NCBI GenBank assembly: GCA_032718475.1
Contig: JAUCBJ010007152.1
Location: 9,381 to 73,380, forward strand
Length of the DNA: 64,000 nucleotides
Direction of reading: 5' to 3'
Source: Nemertoderma westbladi
Lineage: Eukaryota; Animalia; Xenacoelomorpha
Positions within the stretch are counted from its first letter, which is position 1. Every line of letters begins with the position of its first letter. The notes beneath the pieces were generated by a model. That model was given only the letters and a program-made list of their open reading frames with translations. It ran no database searches and had not been told where the DNA came from. The position numbers were made by a program, and so were the translations under genes. Of the stretch, positions 47,371-60,809 are shown piece after piece.

Positions 47371-47909
47371 TATAACTCGGATATTTATCGCCTTTTTCTC
47401 TCGAGGTTGGATGGAAGAGTGAGTGGTGAGTTGTGAGGAGTTATAACGGTCCCGAGTTCGAACCCGGTTGAATATTTTGTTATCTGAAAAATTGCAAAAT
47501 TAAATTTAGTTACTGGTGAAAAATAGTAGAGGTTACCTGTAGACACTCGTAGCACCTGTAAAATAAAGGTTGGTGAATATGAAAATACTGGTTGGTGAAA
47601 AATAGCGATTTGAAAAATAGTAGAAGTTACCTGATGCTAAGTGTAGACACCCGAACACCTGTAAAATAAAGGTTGGTGATTGGATGCAGTACTAGCATTG
47701 GGTGACTAATAACGCCTCTAGCGGAATAAGCGGGAACTTGAGAAGTTATCATGGTTACGAATGAAATGCTGGCATCTGATTGGATGAAATAATAACGACC
47801 ACTGGTAAAGGTTGAAATGGTGGCTTCTGATTGGATGCAGTACTAGAAATGGATGGTAATGATGGGCTATGGGTGACCTTGATGCCGTGTCATACAAACA
47901 TATACTACT
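47371..47909 (-). repeat. Polinton right TIR (539 bp)
   Basis: Reverse complement of the left TIR with only two internal units. Confidence 0.95.
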
Positions 47910-48502
47910 CATATATGCAATAATGCCGGGTCAATGGGACCAATAATAGTACATAATACGTACTATCGTTGGCACTGAGGGCGCCACGTGACGAGTTGAG
48001 CGGGATATGTAGGCGTGGTAGGATAAATAGTGTAGGCCGCACAAACTAGACTACTATAGCGCATAGCCCAGAGTGCAGACTTAGAGTATTGTTGCAGACC
48101 CAGAAAGCTGTCTGGTGGAAAGTTTGCATAACAATAGGAAAATTGTACTGTAGCTAGTAAACATACAATGAGTAGTGATGAATTACTTATGAAGTAATTA
48201 ACTGATGGGGTGCTACTTAATAAGTAGCAAAGATGTATAGATAAATAATTACAGCAAGGTGAAGAAATCGTATTAACTGAAAATTAAAAATTCTAGAAAC
48301 ATAATTAAAAAGTAATGGACAAAATTGCGAAAGTAGGAAAAAATTGATACGTAACTCAAAAATTAATTGTAAAAAGGGAGATAAAAGTAGATAAAAGGTA
48401 AGCCATCGCTGATTTAATGCTGATTGAAACTGAAATTAGTTATCTCTTGCCCTACTGAGCCTTTGCAAGGCACCACCAGTTCGGTGAGAGAGAGAAATCG
48501 GG

Positions 48503-48990
48503 ATGGCGGAGAAGTTAGTCAAGATGTGGAAGTCGGAAAAGAGTGAGAGTGAGCTATTAGTCGATTTCATGCGGAGACATCTGGAGAATAAGACGAGGAA
48601 TTATTACAATCGACTCCCTAAGAGTCAGAAAGCATATGTGTTACAAGATCAGTACCGAGGTATGCACGAACACGATTAGTTCGAACCTACGGAACACCAT
48701 CATTGGATGATGCGATTGACAAACATCTTTGTTATGTCATAAAGGGGGAGGAGAGTTCCTTTGGGATTCCAAGGTATGAGAGGGAACCAGCTATGAAGGA
48801 ATGGACGAAGTTTGTCGAATCGGTAGATGGTTTACATGGTTTTGGGTAACGAGGGGACTGTAGAGGATGACGACGAGATGAGCATGGGGTCCAAGGGGTC
48901 GGGTAGAACTATATTGCTGCATCTAGCGGCACCAAACGGAGATATTTTTCTGTTCGACCTGGGGACCTATGGAAAAAAGATGGACAAAGC
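48503..48990 (+). pseudogene. Degenerate ORF with a 3'-5' exonuclease (EXD/WRN-exo)-like start
   Basis: MVLGNEG...ILLHLAAPNGDIFLFDL resembles (A/G)LDxEG...LLQLA..G...LFDL; stops and frameshifts. Confidence 0.4.
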
Positions 48991-48999
48991 TGAACCGTT

Positions 49000-49280
49000 T
49001 ACCGGATGCGGTGCAGAAACACTGATTCCTCTGATTGACTGTTTTCTCTTGCAAGCCAGTTGCCAAAGAATTAGATTACTGATCTCAGATCCTGACACCC
49101 ATCTATGATGCGTTATGCCTGTAAGGTGGTGCTGGATTTTGGCAATTCTCGGTCTTGACCAAGATTGTTGCAAGATGCCTAGTTTGTTGTTATTGAGCCT
49201 TGTTAAGTTTATGCGATGCACCTTGTGCAGCATCCTGATGTGCGGTATGTAATTTATTGTTGGTTCACCATCAAGAATTT
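49000..49280 (-). mobile_element. RTE-like LINE 3' fragment
   Basis: RML.KV..I....NNKL...SNLILWQ resembles the RTE ORF2 C-terminus. Confidence 0.5.
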
Positions 49281-50499
49281 TGGTGTGTCATGCAGTCGAA
49301 GTGAACACATACCATATTCTAAACATTAACCATGCCAAGTTGTCTCCTGTTGGTTGCCTGCTGTCAGTTGTCGGTTTACTGATGTCGGCTGTCTGCTGTC
49401 AGTTCTCTGCTGTTTGTTGTCGGTTTTCTGCAACTGTCGGTTCCCAGTTCCAAAAGGTGGTTATTATTTAATATATAATGATACTAAAATTGTTTCTTCC
49501 TTTGTTTAGTAAGAATCAATAAGATGGGATAAAATCGACACCAGTCTACGCCGCTTTCATTGACTTCAGGAAAGCTTTGATTCTTTGTCTGTATGTTTGT
49601 CTGTCTGTGTGTGTTATCTTATTTTATCTATTACATAATAAAGAAAATAAACTACTGAGTCAGCAAGTTTGCTACCGGCGATTTTCTTGGTCGTTGAATT
49701 TGTTTTATGATGCCAGTTGTAATGCTTGACAGAATCTACGGTCTGTCTGTCTGTATGTATGTATGTATGTATGTATGTCTGACTGTCTGTCTGATTGACG
49801 TACAGATATACAGTACAGGCCACCAGAAAAAGCAGATTTCATCCAATGTGATCACATGTGAACACATTTGTTCAAGTCATCTGATTGGCAGGTTATGGCG
49901 AGTTATCTAGCTAACTTGCTGGGACCGACAAAGGCTTAGTGTGCGGTGCGCCTGTATGTCTGATATCAGGTAGATGAGAGAGCCCACAGGACGTAACATT
50001 GCGGACATGGGCTGTATTGGTAGAGAGAGAACTACATACAAGACCACATGGAGGTTCATGGAGTGTATGGGAGTGGATGGGTATATGGATGGACGAGCCT
50101 AGACCATTGAATAATTAATTTAGTGCAGGGAGATGTCGCGCCATTAGTCTGACACCGAGAGGGCATAGAGAAACACCAGAAGATGCCTTAACATCACTAA
50201 CTATAGGCGTGCTTACTTGAGACACTATAAACCGCACACTATAAAGGTAAACAAAATCCTTATCGCATTTCCAGCTGCAGTGAGTGACAGTTCGCGGCAA
50301 ACTACAGAGAGTTTCCAGATTACTAAGCGTTTCAAAAGTATTCAATTGTATCCTTTGGCGAAAAAATTTCGGTTGTTGCCAATTCAATTATGTTCAATTA
50401 TGTTCAATTGTCCCGTTCAACAACATTACATTACACTGGTACACATTTGATAAAATGTGTTCACAATTGTACAAATCTGCGTTTTCTGGTGGCCTGTAC

Positions 50500-50990
50500 T
50501 GTACATAGAAACAGACAGTCATGATTATGTTAAACATAAAAAACTGACATCGAAAATAAATTCGCCGACCTTATGGAAAACCCCATGGCCATATTATTGT
50601 AAAGTTAAATGATTTTATTCAATTTTTTTGACAGACATACATACATACAGACAGACAGATAGACAGACATACATAGAAACAAACAGGCAGTCAAGATGTC
50701 GTAAAAATAAAAACTGACTTCGAAAATGGATTCACCGACCTGGAAAACCCTATAGCCATATTATTGTAAAGTTAAATTATTTTCTTCAATTTTTTGACAG
50801 ACATACATACAGACAAACAGACAGATACAGTAGACTTTTATACATAGAAACAGACAGTCAAAAACGTAAAAAGTGACATCGGAAATGAGTTTGCCGACCT
50901 AGAAAACCCCCTAACCATATTTTGGTGAGGTTATTTTCTTTATTTTTTGACAAACAGACAGACAACAGACAGACAGACAGACATTTAGAC
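50500..50990. repeat. Three about 170-bp direct repeats with (ACAG)n/(ACAT)n microsatellites, DINE/Helentron-like
   Basis: acatagaaaca..aaactgac.tcg..ccgacct..gaaaaccc..ccatatt at about 50502, 50670, 50842. Confidence 0.6.
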
Positions 50991-52526
50991 AATTTCCGTC
51001 AGTGCTGCAACCTTACAAGGTCGATTTTTGGATTCTACAGTACGTTAAATTTTGATCTTAAATCAATAAAAAAATAAATTTGAATTTTTTTTTGTTTTCT
51101 ATGATTTTTTCAAATGTTTGAAATTTGTGTCAAATGAGAGTATTTGAAATTGACCACCCCTTTCTATGTGTTGGGTCACAAGAAAACAAGAAACAACTAT
51201 CTTTCTCATTAATTTGTTTCCTCAGACATATCTATCCCGTCTCTATTGAAACTGGCTTAAAAATTTTCAAAATGAATATTTATCCTGCGGTATTCTATTC
51301 TATTCTATTCTATTATATTCTATTCTTTTATACTGTAGCTTCCCTGAAATTCTTTCTCTCGCAAACCTAAAGGAGATTATTGATAAAATTAAATCACAAT
51401 TTTCTTAAGCCCTGGATATACTTCGTCTGATGTCAGACAAGTGTCTGATTTTAGACTCAGACAGTCAGTCTGATGACAGACTTGATCTAGTCTGCTAGTA
51501 GAGGCCCTACCCCATGTAAAACTGAAATTTTAGTTTTCAGTTATACAGACTGACTGCGAGCTGACACCAAGATACTAAGATAAATACCAAGACTAAATAC
51601 CAAGATAGCATAGAGGCCGATCAGCCGATAGGCCATGCTACTGTACATTAACTGTCTCAAAATGGAATGTTTTAGTGTTTTACACTTCTAGCACGTTCCA
51701 AATTTAATTAGTCCTCACTGCCTAATGACAAATGAAATCATCTACTGTATTACCGGTATCTATTTTGTCTATGTAGACAGTCTAATTCGAGACGTTGTAC
51801 CTCACACCACCTTATCTTATTGGTATGTAGCTAAGCTACAGTCCCTATCTCATTCTAGATACCGTTTCTCAAACTGGGTACCTTTTCTCTTACCTCACTC
51901 TTACTAACTCAAACCTGTCTGGTTTACTCAAACCCAACTCAAACTCGCATAACCACCCACTGTGCACTGTGTAGCAGTCATACAACAAGCTGTCTGTGTT
52001 TAATGGCCCACTCTCTTCTGTTAACTCTGCATACGGGTTTGATGGTCTCCTGCTGTTATAACATTCCCTAAACTTGATTTGTTTGCGTGTAATTAACTCC
52101 AGTAGATAGTGAGAATTAAGTTGCAGACTCAATGACTCAATTTATTTTTAAATTTCAGAATAAAAAAATTATATGCTAAATTACTAAACTGAAGATTTAT
52201 TAATTTTTTATTACATTTATTAAGTATGTATGACTCATAACATATTAACGTTATTTTACATTAAAATATAACCATATAATATAACCAACCAATTTTATAA
52301 ATTTAATTTAATGTCGCGTATATTTCGCTAATGTTTCTAATGTTTAACTTTAATGTTTTACTAATGTTTTACTAATGTTTAATTCTCTATTACATCGTCA
52401 ACACAATTATTCGCAATACATCCGGGTGTGGGTATACCGGGCAAAGGGCCAAAGGAAACCTCTGTAATTATAGACAGGGCAATATTTATGGGAGGGGGGG
52501 GGGGGGTGTGGGTGTTGCGAGGTCCC

Positions 52527-53474
52527 GGTAGCACAAACTTAGTTCCAATCGCACATTTTCAAAGGCAAACTTAATTCCAATTGAAACGAATTTAGTTCCA
52601 AAATTAATTTTACAAATCGAACTTAGTTCCAATCGAGGCGAACTTAGTTTCAATCCCAGAATATAAAAACGAACTTAGTTCCAATGGATGCGAATTTAGT
52701 TCCAATGGAAGCGAATTTAGTTCCAATGGAAGCGAATTTAGTTCGACTGGAAGCGAATTTAGTTCCAATGGAAGCGAATTTAGTTCCAATGGAAGCGAAT
52801 TTAGTTCCAATGGAAGCGAATTTAGTTCCAATGGGTACGAACTTAGTTTCAAAGTTTTAATCGTGGGGATAGCCACGTAGTAGGCGAAGCCTATTGCGTA
52901 TTGTCAATATTTGGGGTGGGTCAGGGTCAACAATAATTGTAAATAATTGTAAAACCATTCAGTCATTTTTAAAAAACGAATTATTATTAAATGTATAATT
53001 ACACATTTTGAATTATATATTAATGACGAGTGTACTGATACTGACTGACTGAGTCTGTAGTATTATTTGGGTTAGGAGGTTGGGCGTAGTTTGGGTTATG
53101 AGCTTGGGCGTTGTTTGGGATAAGATTGTTTTCGTTAGGAGGTTGGGCGTTTTGGGTTAGTTATTTACAATTATTGTTTAACCAGCCTCTTAATAGTGTC
53201 ATTAAACAGATTCTTCGCCAACTACGTGGCTCGCCCCTTTGGAACTAAATTCGCTTCCATTGGAACTAAATTCACATCCATTGGAGCTAAATTCGCATCC
53301 ATTGGAACTAAATTCGCATACATTTGAACTAAATTCGTTTGTTTTCGTTTTTCTCTAGTTATTGGAACTAAGTTCGCCTAAATTGGAACTAAATTCGCCA
53401 AAATTGGAACTAAATTCGTTTCCATTGGAACTAAATTCGCATGAGGCTTATATTGGAACTAAGTACGGGGAATC
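52527..53474. mobile_element. Foldback/Mutator-like non-autonomous element
   Basis: 9-bp TSD CGAGGTCCC (52518-52526, 53475-53483); G...C termini; arms built from the 21-bp repeat gcgaatttagttccaatggaa in opposite orientations. Confidence 0.85.
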
Positions 53475-54136
53475 CGAGGTCCCATATGCACTAATAATTC
53501 TTATTTAACCATTAGATTTTTAAACTGACATGTCTTGTAAGGTTGACATCAAACAGACAGACAACAGAGCACCAATTTCCCTCAACAATATTCCCAGAAT
53601 TAAAACTTCTCTACAAACAGACCGAGCCAGTGTGGTTTAGTTAACAACATATATTTAGTAGAGCAAAGGAACTGCGTGATTGACATGTCTTTTATGAGAC
53701 ACACCCCTAGTAGCACACCAACGTTCACCTCACGTTTAGAATAGTTCTAATAACGTGGATAACGTTGTTCTGATAACGTTCTAGGTGCGTTCACTGTACA
53801 CGTTCATCTAGGAAGGGATTTGTCGCGCTCAAAAAACGTTGATTCGACGTCATCTTATAAACGTTAGATATTCGTTCTAAAATGGTCCGTTCAACTAATT
53901 ATTTACCGAACTCCTTTTGAACGGTTTAATATTGTTTTGAAAAGGTTCAATAATGGTTCCTTCAAACGTTCAAAACTGTTGGTTTGAACTGTGCTTGAAC
54001 TAAAAGTGTAGTTCAAATATATAATTTCGAACGAATATTTAACCACTGCTAAATAGCTGTCAATCATTCACTATTAAATGATAATATGGCAAAATGCCCC
54101 TCCCCCCCCCCCCCCCCCCCCTGGACAACTGACCAT

Positions 54137-54930
54137 AGATTTATTTATACATTATGTAAAAACAATAACAAATACACCAAACAATGTACCGGTATAAAGG
54201 TATTGTCCAACATAACATATAGGATTACCCCTAAAGCTTTGCAGCTTATTTCCAAGGGGGTCCTTTATGTTACTTGGTTACAAATACAATATTACACTAC
54301 GCTAACCTAAAACCAATATAAAACGTAATTACACTATGTACATGTACAACTTTACCGAGAGCGTGACAATGCCCGACTCAACGATAAAGTTGTAATGTAC
54401 AGAACAATTTATTATAAAACGTAATTACAGTATAAATAGTAAATAATTAATAAACTAATAACTTACTGTAGGACTATTGTACCTATTTTTACATTGCACA
54501 CGGAGATGAGATTTAACTGCAGATTTAAAAGAATGTTGATTATTTAGGTTTTTAATTTCATTAGGCAGAGCGTTCCAATTTTTTATGCCGTTAAAAAAGA
54601 AAGTATCAGATTCAAAGGATTTACAATTCGGGAGGTAGAAGTTTGAAGCACTAGCTCTGGTACTGTAAGAGTGTGTATCGCGTACTCTGTTGAATTTTTG
54701 TTTTAGGTAATTGGGACATTTACCATTATACACTTTATGCACATGGTTAAGGCGTAGCTGCTTAACTCTACTATCTAAGTTAAGTAGTCCAGATTCAGAA
54801 AAGTCATCTGGAGTTAGGTGGTGCCTAGGTTTGTAGTCTTTAATAAATCGTACTACTTTATATTCTGAGCTACTTGTAATTTACATTTAAGCTGTTTGGT
54901 TAAGCCTTCATACCAAGAAGAGCAAGCACC
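54137..54930 (-). mobile_element. CR1/L2-group LINE 3' fragment
   Basis: HKVYNGKCP.YL..H.YSTR..TF.F.G...WNALP..IK..SFK..VK.HL plus 3' UTR. Confidence 0.8.
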
Positions 54931-56315
54931 GCTGTTAGTGCAACGATTTGTGTACTGCAGGACTGCAGCAAAAGTAAATCAACTGAACATGAAAACAAAC
55001 ATTTGCTTGTTGAAATAACACCACAAGTTTATATTGAATATTACCACTACTTACTTTATCACAAATATACCGAATTTACCGAACATGAGAAACATGGAAA
55101 GAAATATAACAAGAAGATAAATCAAATAGGAAATACATAATATATCATTAAGGTAAAAGTTAAATAGATAAGTCTAGAGTTAATTATTACAGAGTAGGAG
55201 TACTGTATAATGATATCTTTCTCTGGGTAGCATTCCTTCGTTTTCTCCTGAATTTTGTAGCTAGTCGAATCCCCACACACACTCCATCCATAATAAATTG
55301 CCTTTCCCAGCTGTAACAAAAATAAAATTTATTTAAAAATAAAAAAAATTAAAAGAAACATTTTATGCACTACTTTACTTCAAAAAAAGGAAGGAGCCGA
55401 TTATATAATTATACCTAATGAATAGCATGTTGTATAAGTCACTTTTACTTCAAGTGATATACTGTTAGGCCTATACTTTTATAAACTGTATACTCATGCA
55501 CAAATATGAAACCGAATCTTTCTAATGTGATGCTCATTTATACATACAGTAGGTATTCAACCGGTAGGCCTACCGGTACCGGTACTTTTATAATATTAAA
55601 TTAAGTTTATTTCTGTTAGTCAGGTACCCGTAGTTCTAATTATTTTTGACCAAAACTAGTCAATAGTAGGCCTACAGGTCTAACAGTGCGTAATAGGCAA
55701 TAAACTGAATGGCCGTCGGCCTAGGCTTTAATCAAACTGCAGACATATGGAAACTGAAAGTAATTTAAGTAGCCCTTCTCATCAACATTATTCATTCTGT
55801 CATTCGTAACATCATTCAGGATATCCTACAGTATGTATTAGGCCTACCTGTACCGGTAACATAGAAAACTAAATGCAGACTTATGCATTATGCAAAAGAA
55901 AACTGAAATTCATTTAAGTAGTAATTCACTCTCTGACTGTCCGATCAGTCATTAACAGATTCATGATATAGGCACTAGTGTAGCCCGTGTCACCATTATT
56001 AAGCTTTTTTTAATAGCTGTTTTGGACTGTTTTTGGTTAGGCCTATTGATTTATGTTCTGGAACATATTGTGGACTCATTACATGTTCAATTTTTGTGGT
56101 AGCTAGTGTTTTTGATGGTAGGTGGTGTTTTTATATACTAGCTAATTTTTTAAAAAAATCAAAAAAAATCGTACCGTAGGCCTATTTTCTAGAACTCTAT
56201 AGTGTTTAAATATTTAGCTAATATTATGAGTCACACTTTTGAAAGACATTCACATATTTCAGAAATATCCGAAATATCGCAATCCGAGGAAAATGCAATT
56301 TGGCAATCGTACCTA

Positions 56316-58335
56316 CAGTCGGGGTCTCAAAGTGCATCTGTTCTTTGAGATTTTCTCAAAGTTTTTCTAAAAGTGTCTAAAAGTCATTACATTACTCCCA
56401 ACGGCCGCTTTGAATTCTTGTAGACACTTTTAGTTTGGAATCTCAAAGTGATTTCCTGCTTTTAGGCACTTTGAATTCTTTGAGAAATGTCACTTTGAGG
56501 TAGTTTGCGGCACTTTTAATTCTTTGAGAAAATAAACTCCGAGGTATTACTGATTGACAGCTCGTGGTATGTTAACTGAGAGGCAGAGGCATTCTCGGGG
56601 AACTATGCGGGCAACAAAGTGATACTTGTGTGCTGGCCAGTTGTTGCATAGAAGCTATATTCCCATTAATTTATCAAATTGAGGTTCCTGAGGTCATTAC
56701 GGGATGGGTTTTCGGTCGCAAGTACAAATTGAATTTACGGCACCCTAAAGTCTTTCTAAAAAACATTCATTTAAATAATACATGAAACATAATTAGTGAA
56801 ACAAGATTAATGCTTGACAAGATTGATTATTTTAATAACATAATACAATATCAGATTAACAATTAATATAAGAGAAACTGCACTGTAGTATCTCTGTGTA
56901 TACGCAGTTTCATTATAATGACCTAAAGAAGCCCTGTTGGGAGAAAGCTTGTAATAACATTTGTTATTCATTTCATTAGTCACCTCAGGTCAAACCGTAC
57001 TACCTTAACTGTTTAATTAATATGATAACTATGTTGACGAGAGCGCGAGAATTCCTTCTTAAAAACTAAGAAAGGCTTTCGACTTTCAAGAGTGAACGGC
57101 TACAATCTTGTGTTGTTTTAGCTTAATAGAGATATTAAAATATCCCCTGCCGCTGGCGTTTATATTTGAGCATATTTTAAATGTTTGCCTCATATTCAAT
57201 TGATGTGTACCGCCTTCTGGCAAAGCGGTACCCAGTTTAAACTATCAATCACAGCTAGTGAGTAGCGACCCACGGACGGCGACCTTCAAACAAACAGGTG
57301 CAGAGTCGGAAAGAACTGTCACATGCTTTGCTTGGCTTGTGGTACCATTTGATTACATAATAGATTTTGGCAGACTGGGCGGTCGCTCTGACCATATGCA
57401 TTGCGCACCAACAATGCCTAAAACATCTATGGGAACAGCCAATTAGTGCGCTTGAATCATTTATCTTTATTCCTGCCTCTATCTTTATTCTTTACTTTGT
57501 ATAACACAATTTACAGTGCGGCAAAGTATGGCTGGTTGACCATTGAAATGCATTGGTAAAGGTATTCGGCGTTCACGTGGGCTAAACAAATTTAAACAGT
57601 ACAGTTTTAGCACTATACATTAATATAGATAGGGCAACAGACAAACTGTCTATGACACAAATACCAACACATTCCGATAGCCCGCAATTATGGCGTCTCT
57701 AAAGAGTCCAAATATAAATTAATAAAATCCTCTATGAAACAATAAAAATACCTACAAAAAATACTGCTGTATTAAATATTAGTTACTGCAGTAACATATA
57801 ACAATTACTGCAGTAACAAATATTTATTACTGCAGTAATAAATATTTATTACTGCAGTAACAAATATTTATTACTGCAGTAACAAATATTTATTACTGCA
57901 ATAATCAATATTAATAAATTAATAAATAATTGAATAAAAATTTATACTGCAGTAATCAATATTAATAAATAATTGAATAAAATATTTCTACTGCAGTAAC
58001 AAATTATTTGTTACTGCAGAAAAATACAATTTTTTATTACTGCAGTAAGTTTAATTCTTACTTTCAGTAACAAATATTTATTACTGCAGTATTTTTTGGA
58101 GGCATCTTTATTGTTTCATAGAGGTTTTTATTACTTATATTTTACCCTATAGTCAAAGTCAATATACCCCATACCATAGCCAGCTTCAGGCAGGACTGTA
58201 TGAAATGACTGACAGTACTACTTTGAAATCTTTGAGGACACTTTGTCATTTTCTTGGACCACTTTTAGAAATTTGAGACACTTTTAGTTCTTTGAGAAAA
58301 TCTCAAAGAACAGATGCACTTTGAGACCCCGACTG
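56316..58335. mobile_element. Tc1/mariner-type non-autonomous element (TA TSD)
   Basis: TA|CAGTCGGGGTCTCAAAGTGCATCTGTTCTTTGAGATTTTCTCAAAG and its exact reverse complement ending ACTG|TA. Confidence 0.88.
57699..58152. mobile_element. Small palindromic (foldback/MITE) element with ttactgcagtaa repeats
   Basis: cctctatgaaacaataaa / tttattgtttcatagagg inverted ends; internal tandem array. Confidence 0.65.
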
Positions 58336-60809
58336 TACATATATACTATAAATATACATATAATAAATATATATGCCGCCTCCGCTTTGCAGGACCTTGC
58401 TTTCGCCGTGAGAACCAGTGAGTCTGTGCACAATCTTGCGCTTTGACACCCCATGACTTCACCCAAGTCACCTAAGCCAAGGACATTGGCTTTGGAGATG
58501 CTGATAATTATGGGGATAGGGAATTGCGGCGGTGGAATTTTGTATATAACCTGGCATATCATTCTTTGCATGCTGCTTCACAGTAAGCCAATTGAAGGTT
58601 GCATGGTGGTGGTGGTGGAACAAATTTTTGTTATAGATAGATAGATAAATACTTACATACCGCATTATAAACTTGAGAGATTCAACCAAAGAATTTAAAT
58701 ATTTAATTTACCGCTGTGGCTTAAGCAGGCTGATCGGTAAATTGGATCAATTAAAAAAATTTATATTTATTCAATCATGTTTTTTTGCATTAATTTTATC
58801 TGTTTATTACAACAATTTTCGAATTAAATTACATGCAGTACCGCTCATGTGATATATTAAATTACATATTTTAAAGCTAATAACTCTAACTGTCTAAAGT
58901 TCTGTCATATATTCGACTAGAAATAAAATTATTAACTAATAATTAAATTGTAAATAATTACCTTTAATCTCTTTGATGGATGGCGGCCCTTTATTATTGG
59001 TCCCGATACGGTTGAAAAGCATCACAAGATTGACCTCGATCTTCGCACTGTTCGCCTATTGAATGTATGTACCCCATGACGTATGTACCCCATGCTGTCA
59101 TAAAAATATACAGGAAATAATTGAGACGCAACAAAAATTAATTTAAATTACAGTTATACAATGCAGTATGTTGTATTACACACCGTTATACAGTACCTAC
59201 TACTGTATACTTTGCTCCTGAGTTCTGTATGAACCAATATACCACTATTTTTACATCAATCAGTACTTGGGCAGTTCCAGTATTGCCTGTAATTGGATGA
59301 TTCATCACAGACACTGGTTCCCATAGCGTGGGAAAGTTTGTCGTTCAGATAATTATTATTTTGAACGGAAAATGTTTAGTATTGAACCGCTATTGAACTA
59401 CGGTTATGAAAAACATAGTTTGGACATTTTTTGAACGACAATTTTAAAAATATCTGAACTGAAATTGAACTGGTTAATTTTTATTGGATAATAAACAATA
59501 TTGAAACGTTCACAATAGAAAACGGAAATATAACTTGCCATTTACAAATCGTTACTTTTCAGTTTCTGAACTCAAATTGAACTGGTTATTGCTTTGGACG
59601 CCATTCAAACGTCCAAGAACATTAACGGGAAATTAACTGATACCATTAATGAACGTTACTTTTCAGTTGAACTTGAAACACCAACACCATTTAGGCGTTA
59701 TTATATGGAGACTAATTTAGAACGTTGAAATCTGGTACAGTATGTGCGACGTTTATGGAGTGGACATGTTCTCAACGTCCAAAAGCTGTGTGTGAACGTT
59801 ATGTGCTACTAGGGACGCAAGCCGGCCTGCCCAGCTTATGTAATTCAACCCATTAACTCAAGAGCCCAAGCAACAGACAGAGGCCCCTTCCCCATGTGGT
59901 GCCTCACTCAACCAGAGTAATTATCCATACCGTACGGAAGAGTAATGCTGAGTATGGCAGTTGGAAGTCAACCTAACTCAAACCATGGCGCCAGACTCTA
60001 GTTTGAGTTAGATTGAGATGGTTGCATCTTTCTGATTTCTCAACTCTTACCCCAGTCTTACCTACTGAAATTCTCCCTTGACTATCATTTTAGTAAAAGG
60101 TTTGAGAAATGATACCCAGTTTGAGAAATAATATTCAGAATGAGATAGGGACTGTACATACTGACATAGATGGTCTAGGAACAACGTACTATCACTACTA
60201 TCAGACTATATAGCTATAGCGATATTATATAGGCTGATAGACCTATCAAATCCACAATCAGCCAATTAACTGACTCTGACGTCTGCTTACCAGATTACCA
60301 TATCAATCTAATATATCAGTCCATGCCCTTGCCCTAATCTCCCCTATCACCTGATCACCTATTAGGCCTATTACAGTATTACATATTACGGTACGGTAGG
60401 CAGGTAGGCTTATATAAGAGATGTACCGTATCTGTAGGCCAAGGCAGCAAGGCTGTCTGGCTGTAGCACTGTGTGTAGCCTGCGTGCCTGCCTACTTGCC
60501 TAGTCAGTCTGCTAGTCTGCTAGTGTCAGAGCAGCAGAGTGTAGAACTACCAGTACTTAATTATGTTATTAGGTCTACTGATGCTGCAGCTGCGGCTGGA
60601 TTAGCTGATTAGCTACCGGCAGACCGGTAACGCTGTAACGTACCTACGGCCTGCAGTGCTCAGGTGCTGCAGACCTGACTCTGTCTGCCTACGCCAGTAG
60701 GCTGCTGCATGCTGTGATAAGGATCAGACGGCACTGGTCAGCTGGTCAATTAGCTGATTAGGTATTGGTACCGGCATGTTTCTCATTCAGGCCTAAAAAT
60801 TATCTGATT

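Larger units (their letters stand above)
29231..47909. mobile_element. Complete Maverick/Polinton (polintovirus/adintovirus-like), 18,679 bp
   Basis: Starts AGTAGTATATG and ends CATATACTACT; 6-bp TSD CATATA at 29225-29230 and 47910-47915; full core gene set. Confidence 0.97.
53705..59814. mobile_element. Non-autonomous CMC/EnSpm-like element
   Basis: TIR CCCTAGTAGCACA..AACGTTCAC / GTGAACGTT..TGTGCTACTAGGG; 2-bp TSD AC; subterminal aacgtt/gttcaa repeats. Confidence 0.8.
51792..60187. mobile_element. Old element or element pair with degenerate inverted ends enclosing several insertions
   Basis: acgttgt..tacagtccctatctcattct..tttctcaaactgggta (51792-51885) is the reverse complement of 60105-60187; no TSD seen. 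Confidence 0.5.

Noticed and set aside
49535-49580. RT-like snippet PVYAAFIDFRKA
   Set aside because: Too short; LINE debris
52610-52876. ORF with LELNSLP heptad repeats (LRR/zipper-like)
   Set aside because: Translation of the 21-bp non-coding repeat of the foldback element
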